Positions 26,491-39,066 of a stretch of 64,000 nucleotides of DNA are shown one piece after another (the stretch's first letter is position 1; each line of letters begins with the position of its first letter). The translations under genes were made by a program, and so were the position numbers. The stretch spans positions 1,736,001-1,800,000 of the forward strand of contig CM061246.1 in NCBI GenBank assembly GCA_022605425.2, in the 5' to 3' direction. The DNA comes from Hamiltosporidium tvaerminnensis FI-OER-3-3 (taxonomy: Eukaryota; Fungi; Microsporidia). The notes under the pieces were generated by a model that did not search any database, had not been told where the DNA came from, and saw only the letters and a program-made list of their open reading frames with translations.

Positions 26491-27205
26491 GTGGAGGGAG
26501 GATAACCACATAAAAACTTTCTGCTTGGCAATGAGTGTGTGAAACTGGTGTGAGATCATTGTTTGGATTTTTGGTGGGAATAAAACAACACTACATCTTC
26601 GGTTGTTCCATGGGAGTTGTTATGAGGAGGAGAGGTCTAAGAAATGGAGAAACTTTTTCTACAAATTTATTTTTAGTTTTTTATGTAAACAGATTCCACA
26701 CCGCAGCTGAACATGTAGGTAATTTCCATGTAAAAGCATGGAAACCTAGCCTTGCTCACTCGGGTTAGAAGACTTAGCGCCTGGGAGATATAAAAATAAA
26801 AACCATTGAAAGCCGGGAGAGCTAAGTAAGCAGGTTATACCTGTTGCATGACATTGCACTGTCTAGGTGGACCCCATGTAAATCTCTGAAATATATCTTA
26901 GCTAGAAGTTTATTGGGTTCAGAAAGTGTAGAGTAAGTGGGAATGCTGCATAGTCTTGGGGGGGCTTCGGCCTTCGATCACACTGCATGCAACGGAAATT
27001 AAAAAACTCCGGGCAACTGCCTCGCCTATTAATTAGGTTCTAGACACCTGTTAGAAGAAAGGCTTTAGGATGTAGGTATCGCAGGAGGTACTGATGGAGT
27101 GTTGGGGTAGCAGTTATTTATGTTAAACCTAAAACTGCGTTAATGTCATGAAACAAATATAACACTTGCCACTATTTTAAAAAGATGTGATACTTTTAAA
27201 TAAAG
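26491..27205 (+). mobile_element. family A SINE-like element
   Basis: Starts GTGGAGGGAGGATAACC and ends gtgatacttttaaataaag. High identity to 20071-20811. Only a short possible TSD (aagtaaa). Confidence 0.88.
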
Positions 27206-28198
27206 TAAATATGGAATATTCTTCATTATTTATCGAAATCTTTGTATTGATTAAATTCAAATTTCTAGAAAGAAAAGGCGATTTAAAATTTTGTAGAGTA
27301 TTCTTGGTCTACCAGAAACTACGTTTAAACTAAAATTTCTAAATTAGAATCGCCAAAAACAAATACAATTTAAAGAAAGTTTACAACGGTTTATTTGTAT
27401 AATTTTGATTGTAAAAAATATATGGGCTTAAAAGAATTTTGCATTCTGTGATTTACGTTATTAATAAGAAACAAAATTTCTATTTATATTTTACAAAAAT
27501 GACAAACCATAACAAAACTATTAGTCTATTAAAAATTCAAGTTTGATCCATCATTAATAAAAAAAATTTCTGAGTAAATACTTGAAAAGATTTGAAATAC
27601 TAAAAATTTAAATTATTTTAATACCAAAGAAATAAAAAATATATCGGTATAAACTATAGAAAACAAATTAAAATCACAAATGCGATCAGATCGAAGCGAT
27701 TTTAAACCATCAGTAAATACTCGACTTAAAGAACTATAAAATAAATTAAAATATTTTATTGATACAATCTGTTAATTAATATTATTAGTTAAATAAAAAA
27801 ATAAAATGATAATTTTTTTACAATTTTTTTAAAAATATCCTGCTTTAGAATATTATTCATTTTAAATTTTCTCACTTATTTATACGTGATTAAATTCAAA
27901 AAAAGAAAAAAATCAATTGTAAATTATCAAAAATCAATATTGATTGTAAAAAATTGGTTTTTCTTATATTCTAAGCAAAAATTTTAAATTATTAAATAAA
28001 TATATTATAATTACTTTTAAAGAGATTATTATCATGAATTAAGTGTGAAATTTTTTTTTATAAACTTTAAGTTTTTATTAAAAACAATCATTTATAAACA
28101 TTTTTAATTTTAAAATTTAATTTTTAAAAAATGATAAACTAAAGTTTTTGGTTTTAAGTTTTGTAAAAACTATTTAAGAAAACAAATTTTTATAATTT

Positions 28199-29803
28199 AT
28201 GAAAAAAAATATTGTTCACGCCATTAAAGAGTACTTTATAGTATTTTTTTATTTACAAACGATTTTTAGCGGTACTCATAGTACAAACAATTTTTCTTGC
28301 AATTCAAATGATATAGCACAGAATACGAGTGTAAGTAACAAGAATAGTCAGATCCCTGGCCAGAAAAATGGAGAAATTCTTAATGCTAAAAGAAAAAATA
28401 CAGGCTCTGCCGCATGTTCTGAACCGGAAACACTTTTTAAGAGTTCTCAAAAAAAATTAAAATCAGATGGCATTAGTAAGCATACCTTTCGGGGAAATCA
28501 TTCAGCATACGAGCTTACTCCTTCTAATCAATCCAATCCAGGTTTGACCAAAAATAATATTTCTAATAATAAACAGAACAACGAAAATCGGGATGTTTCT
28601 AATAAAAAAAGAATAAATAAGGCGATGATCTGTACGAATACTTTTCTTTCACTAGAACCTTATAACAAACCATTAGATTTAACAGCTAAAGAACCATCAT
28701 CACAGTACAATATGTTCCATAATAAAGATTCCAAAACAAGGGAAATATCAGACACAAAATCCACTCTTCTGTCAAACATCCCCGTGAAAAACAGCACATT
28801 CATACCTCCAAATCCTGAAATTAACAACGTAGCAAACTTGAGTAACCAAAATGATGAGATATCGGGTTTTCTCGATTGTAAAAGGCTTGTATCAAATTTA
28901 GAAAATATTTCTAAAAATTTACAATTTGCAATCACTTACTTAAATGTGTTAAATAGTTCCGTCTCAGATGAAACGCGGAACACAAAGTTTGATTCTTTGA
29001 ACAAACAGGCTCAAGATTTATCCATCGACGTCAAATATAAAAATTTTTATATTTCAACACTAACATCCTGGAATTTAGTTATAAAAGATCCTAAATATCA
29101 GAAAAACCATCCATATTTAAATTCATTTTATTGTTTCTTGAAAGAAAGTAGAGATTCCTCAGAAAAGAGCAAGCGATTATTTACGTAAAATGTGCTATTG
29201 GAAACTTATAGATTCGTATTTAAAAAAGGAAATCAATTCTTTAAATGGAATAAAATTACTAGGAAACTATGATAATATGACCGATATAGATATTTTAACC
29301 ATTGAATTTTTAGGTGTCACGCAGATTTTATGTAGGAATAGATTTTTAGGATTCATTAAAAGTTACCGAGAAGATGAAGGTTTTAGAAAGGTAGTTGACT
29401 ATTGCAATGTTCAATTTGTTTTTTAAAATTAAAAAAATCATTCTGATGAAACCTAATAACGCGGGAAAATTACTATCACTGGATGCATTACTGCGTAGGA
29501 AAACATCTACAGAGATAGAAACGTTTGCTATTCTGCTCAAATATTCTGGAAATTTCTATTGTTATGACATTTATATGCTTAAAACTTGTCTATCAGAATA
29601 CGAACTCGCTATAAACTCATTATTAAACATTTAAACTTATAAACCTATATCTTAGAATTGCAAATGGATGGGGGTAACGATAATCCGGAAGATGGAAATA
29701 CACAGCTAAAGAAAAATTTACAAATTTTTCGCGACAAGTTTAACGAAATTTACCAGAAAACTTTGAATATAAGTAATATTTGGCCTTTAAACAATACAAT
29801 TTA
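28199..29803 (+). pseudogene. putative secreted protein, split by frameshifts (true pseudogene or indel errors)
   Basis: A 329-aa ORF starts with a signal-peptide-like segment (YFIVFFYLQTIFS) and has an N/S/K-rich region. ORFs 29190-29426 and 29395-29634 abut or overlap it in shifted frames. The 3' end is approximate. Confidence 0.6.
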
Positions 29804-30319
29804 ATAAATATTTCGGATAATATGTTTTAATTTTTTTTTAAGCTAGGTTTTTAAACAATCAATATTCATCTTATTCACTACTTCTTGTTTGAAGTTAGAA
29901 TTATAAGTTTATTTCAAATATTAAAAATACTTCTTTTATATAACAGAGTAAAAATAATCTAATTACCAGAATACAGACTTTAATACAGGGGTTGGCTTGT
30001 TTTGATTGACTCAAATTTGAAACACTTTTATCTTTCATATTGGTGTTGTCATGCAGCTAATACTTTAAATACAATAAAATCAATTTCGAAGTAAAGCCAC
30101 AAAAAAATAATAATATTAAGCTAAACATAATTACAGAGAGCTGGATATGAGTTTTGTAGTAAAGCACAACAATATTAATAAATTATAATTTAAGTAAAAT
30201 ATTTTGCTGCATCTTTAGGATCAAAATTCTTAAATGTAGCTTGATCTAAATAATATTATAGTTATTGGCTATCTGCTTACTTATTACACTAATATTAGTT
30301 TTAATTATCAGAAAAATAA

Positions 30320-33300
30320 ACTTATTTATTTAATAAAATTCTGGATTAGAATATTTTCTTCTACCTCTTTAACCACTTTTGTTTCTTTTTACAAATCCGA
30401 CTCTTCATTTATGTTTATGATCGGTTCCTCTAACGTGGTTCCTCCTTGTAGAAATAAGGGTTGCTTTATTTTTCGGTTTTAAATTTTTTGCACCATCTTC
30501 CTCTCTCTTCGCTTCTTTTAAAGAGGGTGTTGGTTCCCGATGCATCTCTGATCTCATAATAACACCCGTTCACGCTCTCTCCCACCTCTCTTCCGCATTT
30601 AGTCCTGACTCAAGTCCTCTTCGTCGATCAAAGGAAGTTGTTTCGACTGTCTTCTTAAGTACTATAGACTGAATGTATACCTCTACATTCATGGGTATTT
30701 CTAGTCTTTTAAGATTAGATTTATGGTATTTTCACAATACCGTCCCAGGTCATCAAATAAGGGATTATCTCAACACTACACTTATAAATAAGACTCAACT
30801 CCTTGGCTAGCAGGTCTTTCTTGCTAATTTTTTCAGTTTCAACTATTTGAAGTGAATCTTGGAAAGTGATTACTACTTCAATGCGTGTTATCTTATTCTT
30901 CTTCTTATCTAAAATATATATGTCGGGTATGTTATTCCGAATTTTTACATCGGTTTTTATTCTGGTGTCCACTCTTATCTCTGCTTACTGATTATCAAGA
31001 TTTTCTTAAACTGAGTGACTCCTAATTTGTTTTAAAGACTTGAATTAATATTTATTTAGTAGGAGTAAGTAATTGCATTGTGCAACTTCATTATGTGGTC
31101 TTACATAGTCACACCAGGCATTTTCTCACATCTTGTTGCTAAGTAGTCTACCGTTAGACATATTTGGTTGCTACGTGTGAAATACCTTCGGCACACCGGC
31201 AATCTACTTCTATCCTATATAGAACAGGACACAGCTTCATTGCTTGGCCTAATATTCCCTTTTTTAGCCATCTAGAAGAGTCATTAACACTCACAAGCTC
31301 ATTTTTTCTTGCCTTGATAACTTTGAATAGAGTTTTTGTTTTTCTATTTCGTTATATAGCTTTGCAAGTTGAGCTTCTTCTAAACTTTTCTTAGTGACTT
31401 CTTCTACCAACCTGTACTTTACTTTTAAGAAGCCTTTTATTAGTGCAAGACGGGTTTAATTATTATTCTTCACCTTGAGGATTGCTGCTCGTCTAGTTGA
31501 TATTTCTTTACTTTTTTCCAGAAAATCCAAGAGTTGCAGAAGCATATGTTCGCTTCGCAACTCAACAACATTGTTGGCCTCTTCCAAGTTCTGTTCTAGG
31601 AAGATACAAACGCTCTTTACATTCTGGGAAATGATGAATCTTATTCTTCACCAACACCACACGCACTGCATCATCTAACTTAGAAAAGTCAGCCGTTTAA
31701 AGTCGAAGTACTCCTATGTGATAGTTGATTAACGATATCGCATGTTGATTGATTGCAGAATATAAATTTTTTGCATTTAATCTAGTGTGACAAAATCTTT
31801 CCACTCTTGATATAAGTTTGCTTTGTACTTCTTCATATGAGCTACGTGTTGGAATTCCACCGCTATCTTCTATTATTCCTTAATATTTGTAAACACTAAC
31901 ACCTTCTAGAAGAGTAGCAGTATCTTCACAACACGTATCATTTGTGGCTGACTTCTCTTTGTTAATCTCTAAGCCAATCACCTCTAAAAATTCCTTTGCC
32001 TCGCCTGTCATAGCACTCAATGTGGAGCTGTCTTTTGCAAGGAGCTTTAGATCATCAATAAACAAGAGATTATCAGTAGAATGTGATTCTGCATCTGTTT
32101 GTACTGTCACTTTTGTGTATTTTTCATTAAGCTTTAAGCTTAAAGGATCCATACACAACACAAACAACAATGGGGACAAACTATCTCCTTGAAGAATATC
32201 TCTTTTAATCTTCTTGCTCATGATTTTTTCAGCCCCTACTGATATATAAATTTTCCATTTTGATATAATTACCTCAATAAATTTCAGGATCCAATCCGGT
32301 AAATTAAGGTTTTCGATGCATTGAGTTAAATAAGCATGATCTATTGAATCATAAGCTTTTTTAACATCAATCCATGTTGCCTTAAGATTGTTTCCGTACC
32401 CATTTTTTAAAGGCAATATTGAGTAGGGTCTGTTCTTTCGCTCCTTGCACACCAACTAACTGCTCCCAACTGGTTCTCCGCAAGCAACCCTCGCCTTTAC
32501 ACTTCAAGTTAAACGACTTTCGTTACACACTCTGTAGTTAAAGTGTAGAGGTAAAACATACAAGTGATTGGCCTGTAGTCAGTGCCTCTTCGTGGAGTTC
32601 CTTTTGGTATCAAATATCTAAGCCCGCAGTAAAATCAATCAGCTTGAGTTGTTCCTTCTAAACATATAACTTTCACAATATCATAAATATATTTGTGAAG
32701 AGTTGTAAGTTTCTGAATGAAAAAATTGTAAATACCATCAATTCCAGCAGCTTTCCAATTAGGGAGCCAATTAATGATATTTACATATTTATCAAGTTAA
32801 GGAAACGTGGTCATATGATTATCTGATACAAATGGAATCAAATAATCATCATACAAAACTACTTTATCATTTTTGTTCCACATTGTAGACCAAAAACTCA
32901 CAATTTCATCACGGCTAACCACATGCTCGGATTTCACACGCTTAGATAACCCACGATAAAATCGACCTCGGAAAAGCTCAAACATACGATTTTCTTTTCG
33001 GAATTGCTTCCTACTTTCATGCATCGTAATTTTTTTCTCGTAAACATTCAAAGACTCATTCTTCTTAACTAAAGCCTCAGAAAGATCAGTTGCGCTGCTC
33101 AAGTTTAAATTCACTCTCGCATGATTTTCTTAAAGCTCTTTGTTTCCGACGTAGAGAGCTTTTCCTGCTTACGAGCCTTCTCGAGAAGATCTTTGGAAAG
33201 TACTAACTTAGAAATTTTACTTTCTATGTTTTCCTTCCAAGCGGATTTAGGCTTCTCTTTACGTGTTGCCTCGTCATAGCATATCTGGGCTGCCTGGATT

Positions 33301-34095
33301 ATCCGTGCCACTGCAGTTATCGTCATCGGCACACAAGAATCAGCATACTCACCGATAATTCGATTAATAAGGTCCAAAACTTTACTATCAACAGATTTAT
33401 TTGGATGTTTTCGAGTTCAGACCACCACTTTTCCAATTTCCTTCTCCGAAATTTGTTTGATTTTACTCAAAAATTTAACTATCAGGTTTATGTACTCCGT
33501 GGTGTCAGTCAGGGTGCATGTATCAGCGAGAAAACTGGCGATTCTACGTCGCTCTCTATTCTCTTGTGATTTTACTTCCTTTCCCATCTCACTTTGTGCC
33601 AATTTTTTTAATATTTCGAGAGTTTTAGCGCAGCCGAATTTCTCATTATAGTACCTCAGAGTAGCGGGCTAGCCATTTCTGGGTATTCTCTCAAACCTCT
33701 TTTGCACTGCTAGAATAGCAGATCTAAGCTATTCCTGCTCTACGACTGTGACAGAGTCAAGTATTGAGTGCAATACGATCAGTCGATTTCCTTCTAGAAT
33801 GGCATCTGTATTGAGGTTCTTCATGCCGTTGGCTGGTCCAAACGCAGTGGCATCGGCCAGAAGACGAGGGTATGGTGTCAACCAAGCAGACTGGACTAGT
33901 CTGTCATTTACTGCTTGGTGCTTGGTGGGTGGTGTTATGGAAGGTCGGTCGAGGTGGAAGTCTCTCGGATAACATTGCTACATCTACATCACACATCAAA
34001 ATCTCTCCTGCACTGTTCTCCAAGTTGTTTACAGCCTTTATTTTTTCATTTCTTATATTTTCACTGTCTACTTTTTTCCTTCTACTCATAAAAGT
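30320..34095 (-). mobile_element. near full-length decayed non-LTR retrotransposon, R4/Dong-like (RT, CCHC finger, restriction-like endonuclease)
   Basis: Ordered fragments: MSRRKKVDSE start (34089); FELFRGRFYRGL; FWSTMW; RT motifs WIDVKKAYDSIDH, ILQGDSLSPLLF, LFIDDLKL, GLEINKEKS and YKY; RLE motif NIPDIYILDKKKNKITRIEV....EK. Many stops and frameshifts; ends ttattaaataaa. Confidence 0.9.
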
Positions 34096-34560
34096 TATCA
34101 AATAATACATTAAAAAATCTTTAATAAAATTTTAAAGCTATAATTTTGATAAAAAGGGAAAGAAAAATATGTAATAAAAACGGATTCTAAACACACTAGA
34201 AATCTACATTTATATTCTTTTCGTAAAGATATTTATATCGATTTTTATAATTAATATCTTGGTAATCAATTTCAGTCGAAAATTGTTTTATTGGTAATAA
34301 AACCATGACAATTCTTTCCGCGACAAAATTAAAATTCGAAGAAGAAAATGACGGATTTGTTAATTTTTTAAAGTTTCTTAAATAATAAACATCTTCTAAA
34401 TTTATTTTAACAAATAAAAGTTAAGATCTTTCATAGAATTAAAAAAGCCACAATCGTCACCCAGTTTACTAAAATTTCATTCTACAAATTTACATTTGGA
34501 AAGATTTAAAATTTTAAGAACTTGAAAGTTTTTAATTTTATTTAAATCGTGTAAATCTAT

Positions 34561-35496
34561 TCATTTATATAATTCAGTAATGTCTCGACGACGAAGACTC
34601 ACCTCGAAATGTTTAATTGGTTAAAATACTATAAGACACCAATAAGAGTGCACCAATTAAGATATGTTTCTTTCTATTTTTCACAAATCTTACACACCCA
34701 ATAATGATGAGTAGAACTGAACATAAAACAATTGAAAACTTTCTATTGGTTCAAAAAAAAAACTGAAATAAAAATACGACAATTTTCTTCTAAATTATAT
34801 TATTTATCAAGAATAACACAATCATTTTTTTTTAAATTGTTCTAACGATTCATCTCAAGAAAAAATTACATCACTTGCTTGAGATTTCTATTCTAAGAAT
34901 TTACAGTTAAGAAAAAATTGTATGATACAATTAATGATTTTTTGCCGTTCTTATGTGCAATTTATTTATATTCTAAATAATGATTGCATGAAACAATTTT
35001 GCTTGAATAGCTTCATAGAACTTTATACTTGATCAAATTAAAAGATTTTTAATAAAAATAGCTGGGAATTTATACAATAAATAAATTAAATGATACAGCA
35101 TATAGTTAAAGGAACAGTGTTTTCAGACAAAAAGAATTCTTCATTTATATAAATTTCTTCGAGAAAGAAGACAGAATTGAATAAATATAGCTGAAACGGA
35201 ACAGGCTAAACATAAAACGCTGAGCTGAAGCTCTGAAAAATTGAAAGTAAATGTATAAGAAGAAGGGAAATAGGCAGGTTAATAAATCTTAAGTTTTTGT
35301 TCGGTAAATTGCTCAAAGCAGGTAATAATTTGCAAATGAAAGACTAAAAAATTTTACGAGAAGCAGACTAGGTGAGTGCTAAAATTTTTTTGAGGTGTTA
35401 AAAAACCATAATTCAAATAATGAAGTTTATGATTATTTTCGGGTTTTTTTTTTATGAATGTAAAAGAAAGTTCGTTTCTACGAGCTTAATGTCTAG
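34561..35496 (+). mobile_element. family B non-autonomous Helitron-like element, copy 3
   Basis: TCATTTATATAATTCAGTAATG ... AGAAAgttcgTTTCT ... gtCTAG^T, collinear with copies 1 and 2. Confidence 0.8.
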
Positions 35497-35939
35497 TAGT
35501 TATATAAAATTCTACAAAAATAAATTTTGAAAAAACTTGACCTTTTTTAGACCTTCATTTACTAACATACTCAATGGGCTTACTGAAAAATAAGAAACCT
35601 AGCCTCGTTTACTATCAAAATCCACCTATAATGATCAAGCATTTTCCTTTTCTAATCATCTATACCAAGGTTACTGAGATATTTTTTAATATAATCTAGA
35701 TATTTGGTTTTGGGGCCAGATTGAAGTCTTCAACCTTAGGATTTAAACATTTAAACTTTTTTTTCTCGGCTTTTGGAAATTCGTTCAAGATGACCTAACC
35801 ATTGAATCGGATTCTTTTAACGTTGTCTATCAAACCTGGACATAAATATTAGAGCTCGGTGTATTATGAATTTGTCACTCTTCTTACCGATTTTTTGTTG
35901 GTTAGTATACTCTCTCTAGGATCTTTCGTTTCAATATGC

Positions 35940-36075
35940 CTAAAGACCTTCATCTTCTCATAAAAATTCCATGGAACATCCAAAAATCCAAAGTGTGGTT
36001 TTTTCGTGTCATTAAAACACTAAAAAATATTTTTTCACAATAATTTGCCGTATAACTGACATGTTTTTAGTTTTT
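35940..36075 (-). repeat. family A diverged 5'-part fragment
   Basis: agacc..ctcata.aaa.tccatggaacatcc.aaa matches 2805-2850. Confidence 0.5.
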
Positions 36076-36376
36076 AATATCTTATCATTCCTCTAAATTT
36101 TTTAAATCATATTCCTATGTTTTAGAAAACTCAGATAAATAAAATATACTTTCTTCGTTCTAACAACTCATCTTTCTTAAAAAAATATATTTAAAATACT
36201 CAAAGATATATTAAATACGACAATAAATGTATTTAAAATATTAAAATAATACTTTTTGCAATATAATAGACATATTAGAATCCCAAGTTGAATCTTCTTT
36301 TATAAATAATTTTTCTATTTTCATTTTAATCTGAAGAGATTCTGTAATGATTTTTTGACCCATAATTGTATTTTAG

Positions 36377-37510
36377 ATGAGTTCAGAAGAAGGTGAAATA
36401 ACAACTAAACGTAATAATAGGTTTGTAGAAAAAGAATTTGGTTATAATTTAGGCGATGTAATAGGAGAAGGCACTTTTGGAAAAGTTTACTTGGGATATT
36501 TGAATGGTAAATCGTTTGCTTTGAAGAAAATTTTATATGAGAAAAGAGATACTAATGGGTTTCCCTTAACAACACTACGAGAAATTAAAATTTTAAAAAG
36601 TTTGAAACATAAAAATATCATAGAAATAATTGAAGTAACCGTTGAAAAAAAAGACAAAGAAAAAATATCAAAAAGTACTACCGATGTCTATGTTGTATTT
36701 CCTTTTATGAAACAAGATCTTTCTGTTTTAATAAAAAGTAAAAAGATTCCAATTATTGATATTAAATTTATTACCAAACAAATAATTGATGGTCTTTTTT
36801 ATTTACATTCTCATAAAATTATGCATAGGGATTTGAAAGCTGCAAATATTTTACTTGATGACCAGCTAGCAGTAAAAATTGCAGATTTTGGATTGGCAAT
36901 TGAATTTTCTGAAAATGGTAAATATACACCAGGTGTAGTTACTTTATGGTACAGATCACCAGAACTTTTACTGGGTAGTACTTTCTATGATTATTCTGTT
37001 GATATGTGGGGATTAGGTTGTATTATCAGTGAAATGTTGACAGGTAGACCTATATTTCCTGGAAAAAATGAAATTAATCAGTTAAATTTAATTATTTCAA
37101 TCTGTGGTTCAATAAACAAACGAACAGTTCCCGATATAGAAAATTTTAGAGATTTTTTTAAATTCAAATTGCCACAAGGCATAAGAAATATTTCGAAATA
37201 CCACGAAGGATACGATGAAACTGCCATAAATCTTATTGACTTACTTTTAAATGTAAATCATGATACACGTTTGACATCAGAAAAAGCCATGAACCATCCA
37301 TTTGTCCATAGAGAACAAACTAGTCTCCTCAAATTTATAGATAGCAGTTCATCTAATAAAAGACAAAAAAAGAACGAAGACGAAGATTATCTTAGTCTTA
37401 ATAACTTTATGAACCAAACCACAGAGTTTTCTTTTTATAACAAATATGAAGAAAAAACAGATAAAAGTTCTTCTGATGAATTAACTTTCATTCCCGATTC
37501 ACCAATTTAA
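36377..37510 (+). CDS. cyclin-dependent kinase, transcriptional CDK9/Bur1(Sgv1)-like
   Basis: GEGTFGKV, ALKK, GFPLTTLREIKIL (PITALRE-type helix), HRDLKAANILL, DFG and YTPGVVTLWYRSPELLLG. gaccc upstream. Confidence 0.92.
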   Translation: MSSEEGEITTKRNNRFVEKEFGYNLGDVIGEGTFGKVYLGYLNGKSFALKKILYEKRDTNGFPLTTLREIKILKSLKHKNIIEIIEVTVEKKDKEKISKSTTDVYVVFPFMKQDLSVLIKSKKIPIIDIKFITKQIIDGLFYLHSHKIMHRDLKAANILLDDQLAVKIADFGLAIEFSENGKYTPGVVTLWYRSPELLLGSTFYDYSVDMWGLGCIISEMLTGRPIFPGKNEINQLNLIISICGSINKRTVPDIENFRDFFKFKLPQGIRNISKYHEGYDETAINLIDLLLNVNHDTRLTSEKAMNHPFVHREQTSLLKFIDSSSSNKRQKKNEDEDYLSLNNFMNQTTEFSFYNKYEEKTDKSSSDELTFIPDSPI

Positions 37511-38076
37511 ATAAATTTAAAATTTTTTCAAAAAATAAAATTTTCTATCTTTTATAAAAAAAAATAAGAATTTTTAAAGAAAAAACCAATTTTTTATTTT
37601 TTCTAATGTCAGTGTAATTAAATTTGTGAAAGAGTGAATACAAGTTTGTTACGTAAAAATTTTAAACAATTAAATTAATGATGTTACAATTGTATCTTGA
37701 ATTTGTCAAAATTATTTTACCTTTTTTGTAACTCAACTCCACCATAAAGGCTTAAAAACATGTCCTTATAAATCCAAAGGAAAATAAAAGAATAAATCAG
37801 CGAATTTTTGTTATAGAATAAAATATATTTAAATTCTGAAGAAGTGATAATTGTCTTTTTTTAAAGAAAAGAAATTGATTTTTTGAAATTGATAATCCGA
37901 TATTAAAAATTGGGTTTGTCTCTCTCCAAAATAAATTTGAAACTACAATTTCCTGTTTTTAAAGTCTCTTTTTGTTTTAGAAGCAGTTTGAAAAAAAATT
38001 GTAACAAAATTGAAATACTTTATCATAAAAAATATTTAAAAAAACATTTCTAAAATTTTTGTATCCCATTTTTAGA

Positions 38077-39066
38077 ATGAAGAAAAAATCTGAAAAGGTT
38101 GTGAAAAAAAATTATGATAATTTTATGACAGAGAAAGAAAAAAAATATGTTGAAATGGTTCTTTCTAGAAATATATCGAAAATGGAGCGTCGTATGGATT
38201 ATTCTGCTTTTTTTAATTTTGAAGACAAAGGACCAATTGAAGTTAAAAAAAATGAAAAGAAAAATATTGAAAAACGCGAGAAGACTGAAGGAGAAGCAAA
38301 CATACCTATAAAAGAATTTTTTAGAGAAACTTTGGTACGAACACATAAGAAATCTGTCAAGGAACCAAGATTTGTAGCCGACATGAAAGCACCTGAAGAC
38401 TTTTCTGAACTAGCCATTAAAATAAAAATAGAAGAAATTATAGATGTTCTAATCAAAAGAAAGTATTTTGTTAATGAAGAACCAAATTACTTAGAAGTAA
38501 ACTGTAAAGAATTTTTAAAAAATATAAATTCTGAAGAATTTAAAAATTATATAAAAATTGAAAAGTTTTTTTCATTTCTTAATAGATTCTTTGACATATT
38601 TACTGATATAGAAAGAAAAGAAGTGGTAGTTTTACTTTGTACCAACTCAAATTCTTTAATGATTACCGAGTCCTTCAAATTGTTTATAAATAGCAATTTT
38701 ATGTATTTTCCTTCCCTACAACACCATGAGATCATTCAATTCTTAAATAATTTTTATCTGAATACACCCGGTATAATTATTGGTTTCATCATGTTACATT
38801 CTAATAATCTTTTAGAGAAGGTAATGTATGATAGACTAATTGAAGATGATGGTGTGAACAAACTTTTTCTAAATTGCGAAGAAGGTTATGTATGGCAATT
38901 TCTAGCACTTCTTATAGGTTGTCTTGATGAAAATAATCGTAGAAATATGGTTTTTTTGTTGAAAGAAAAGATTGCAGAAGTTGTTATGTCAGATAATATT
39001 GAGAGAATAAGATATCTCGATGTTTTTTTAGATTCAATAGGTGTATCGAAATCAGACTTAGTGTAA
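38077..39066 (+). CDS. PAT1: mRNA decapping activator Pat1 (compact form)
   Basis: The middle-domain motif Y..FMTEKEKKYV.......Q/N......DY and the C-terminal GYVWQFLA...RNMVFLLKEKI...LDVFLDSIGV resemble fungal Pat1 (AYIWQFLASL...NL.L..MGL). The CCC signal favours ATG 38077 over TTG 38059. Confidence 0.75.
   Translation: MKKKSEKVVKKNYDNFMTEKEKKYVEMVLSRNISKMERRMDYSAFFNFEDKGPIEVKKNEKKNIEKREKTEGEANIPIKEFFRETLVRTHKKSVKEPRFVADMKAPEDFSELAIKIKIEEIIDVLIKRKYFVNEEPNYLEVNCKEFLKNINSEEFKNYIKIEKFFSFLNRFFDIFTDIERKEVVVLLCTNSNSLMITESFKLFINSNFMYFPSLQHHEIIQFLNNFYLNTPGIIIGFIMLHSNNLLEKVMYDRLIEDDGVNKLFLNCEEGYVWQFLALLIGCLDENNRRNMVFLLKEKIAEVVMSDNIERIRYLDVFLDSIGVSKSDLV

Noticed and set aside
26740-26770. Telomere-like words in family A (aacctagcct or aacctaacct; gggttag) suggesting a telomerase RNA template
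   Set aside because: The words are 7-10 nt, vary between copies, and the two motifs imply opposite strands. No pseudoknot was identified and the telomere repeat is unknown. Revisit only if the chromosome-end repeat matches.
30300-34130. TSD around the near full-length R4/Dong copy
   Set aside because: Only loose AT-rich similarity (ttatca...tttaataaaatt) is present, part of it within the element's own 3' end. It is not convincing.
38050-38735. Antisense ORFs overlapping PAT1 (similarly for RhoGAP, TAN1, the TPP1-like gene and the RT fragments)
   Set aside because: These are shadow ORFs produced by codon bias and tandem repeats on the coding strand.
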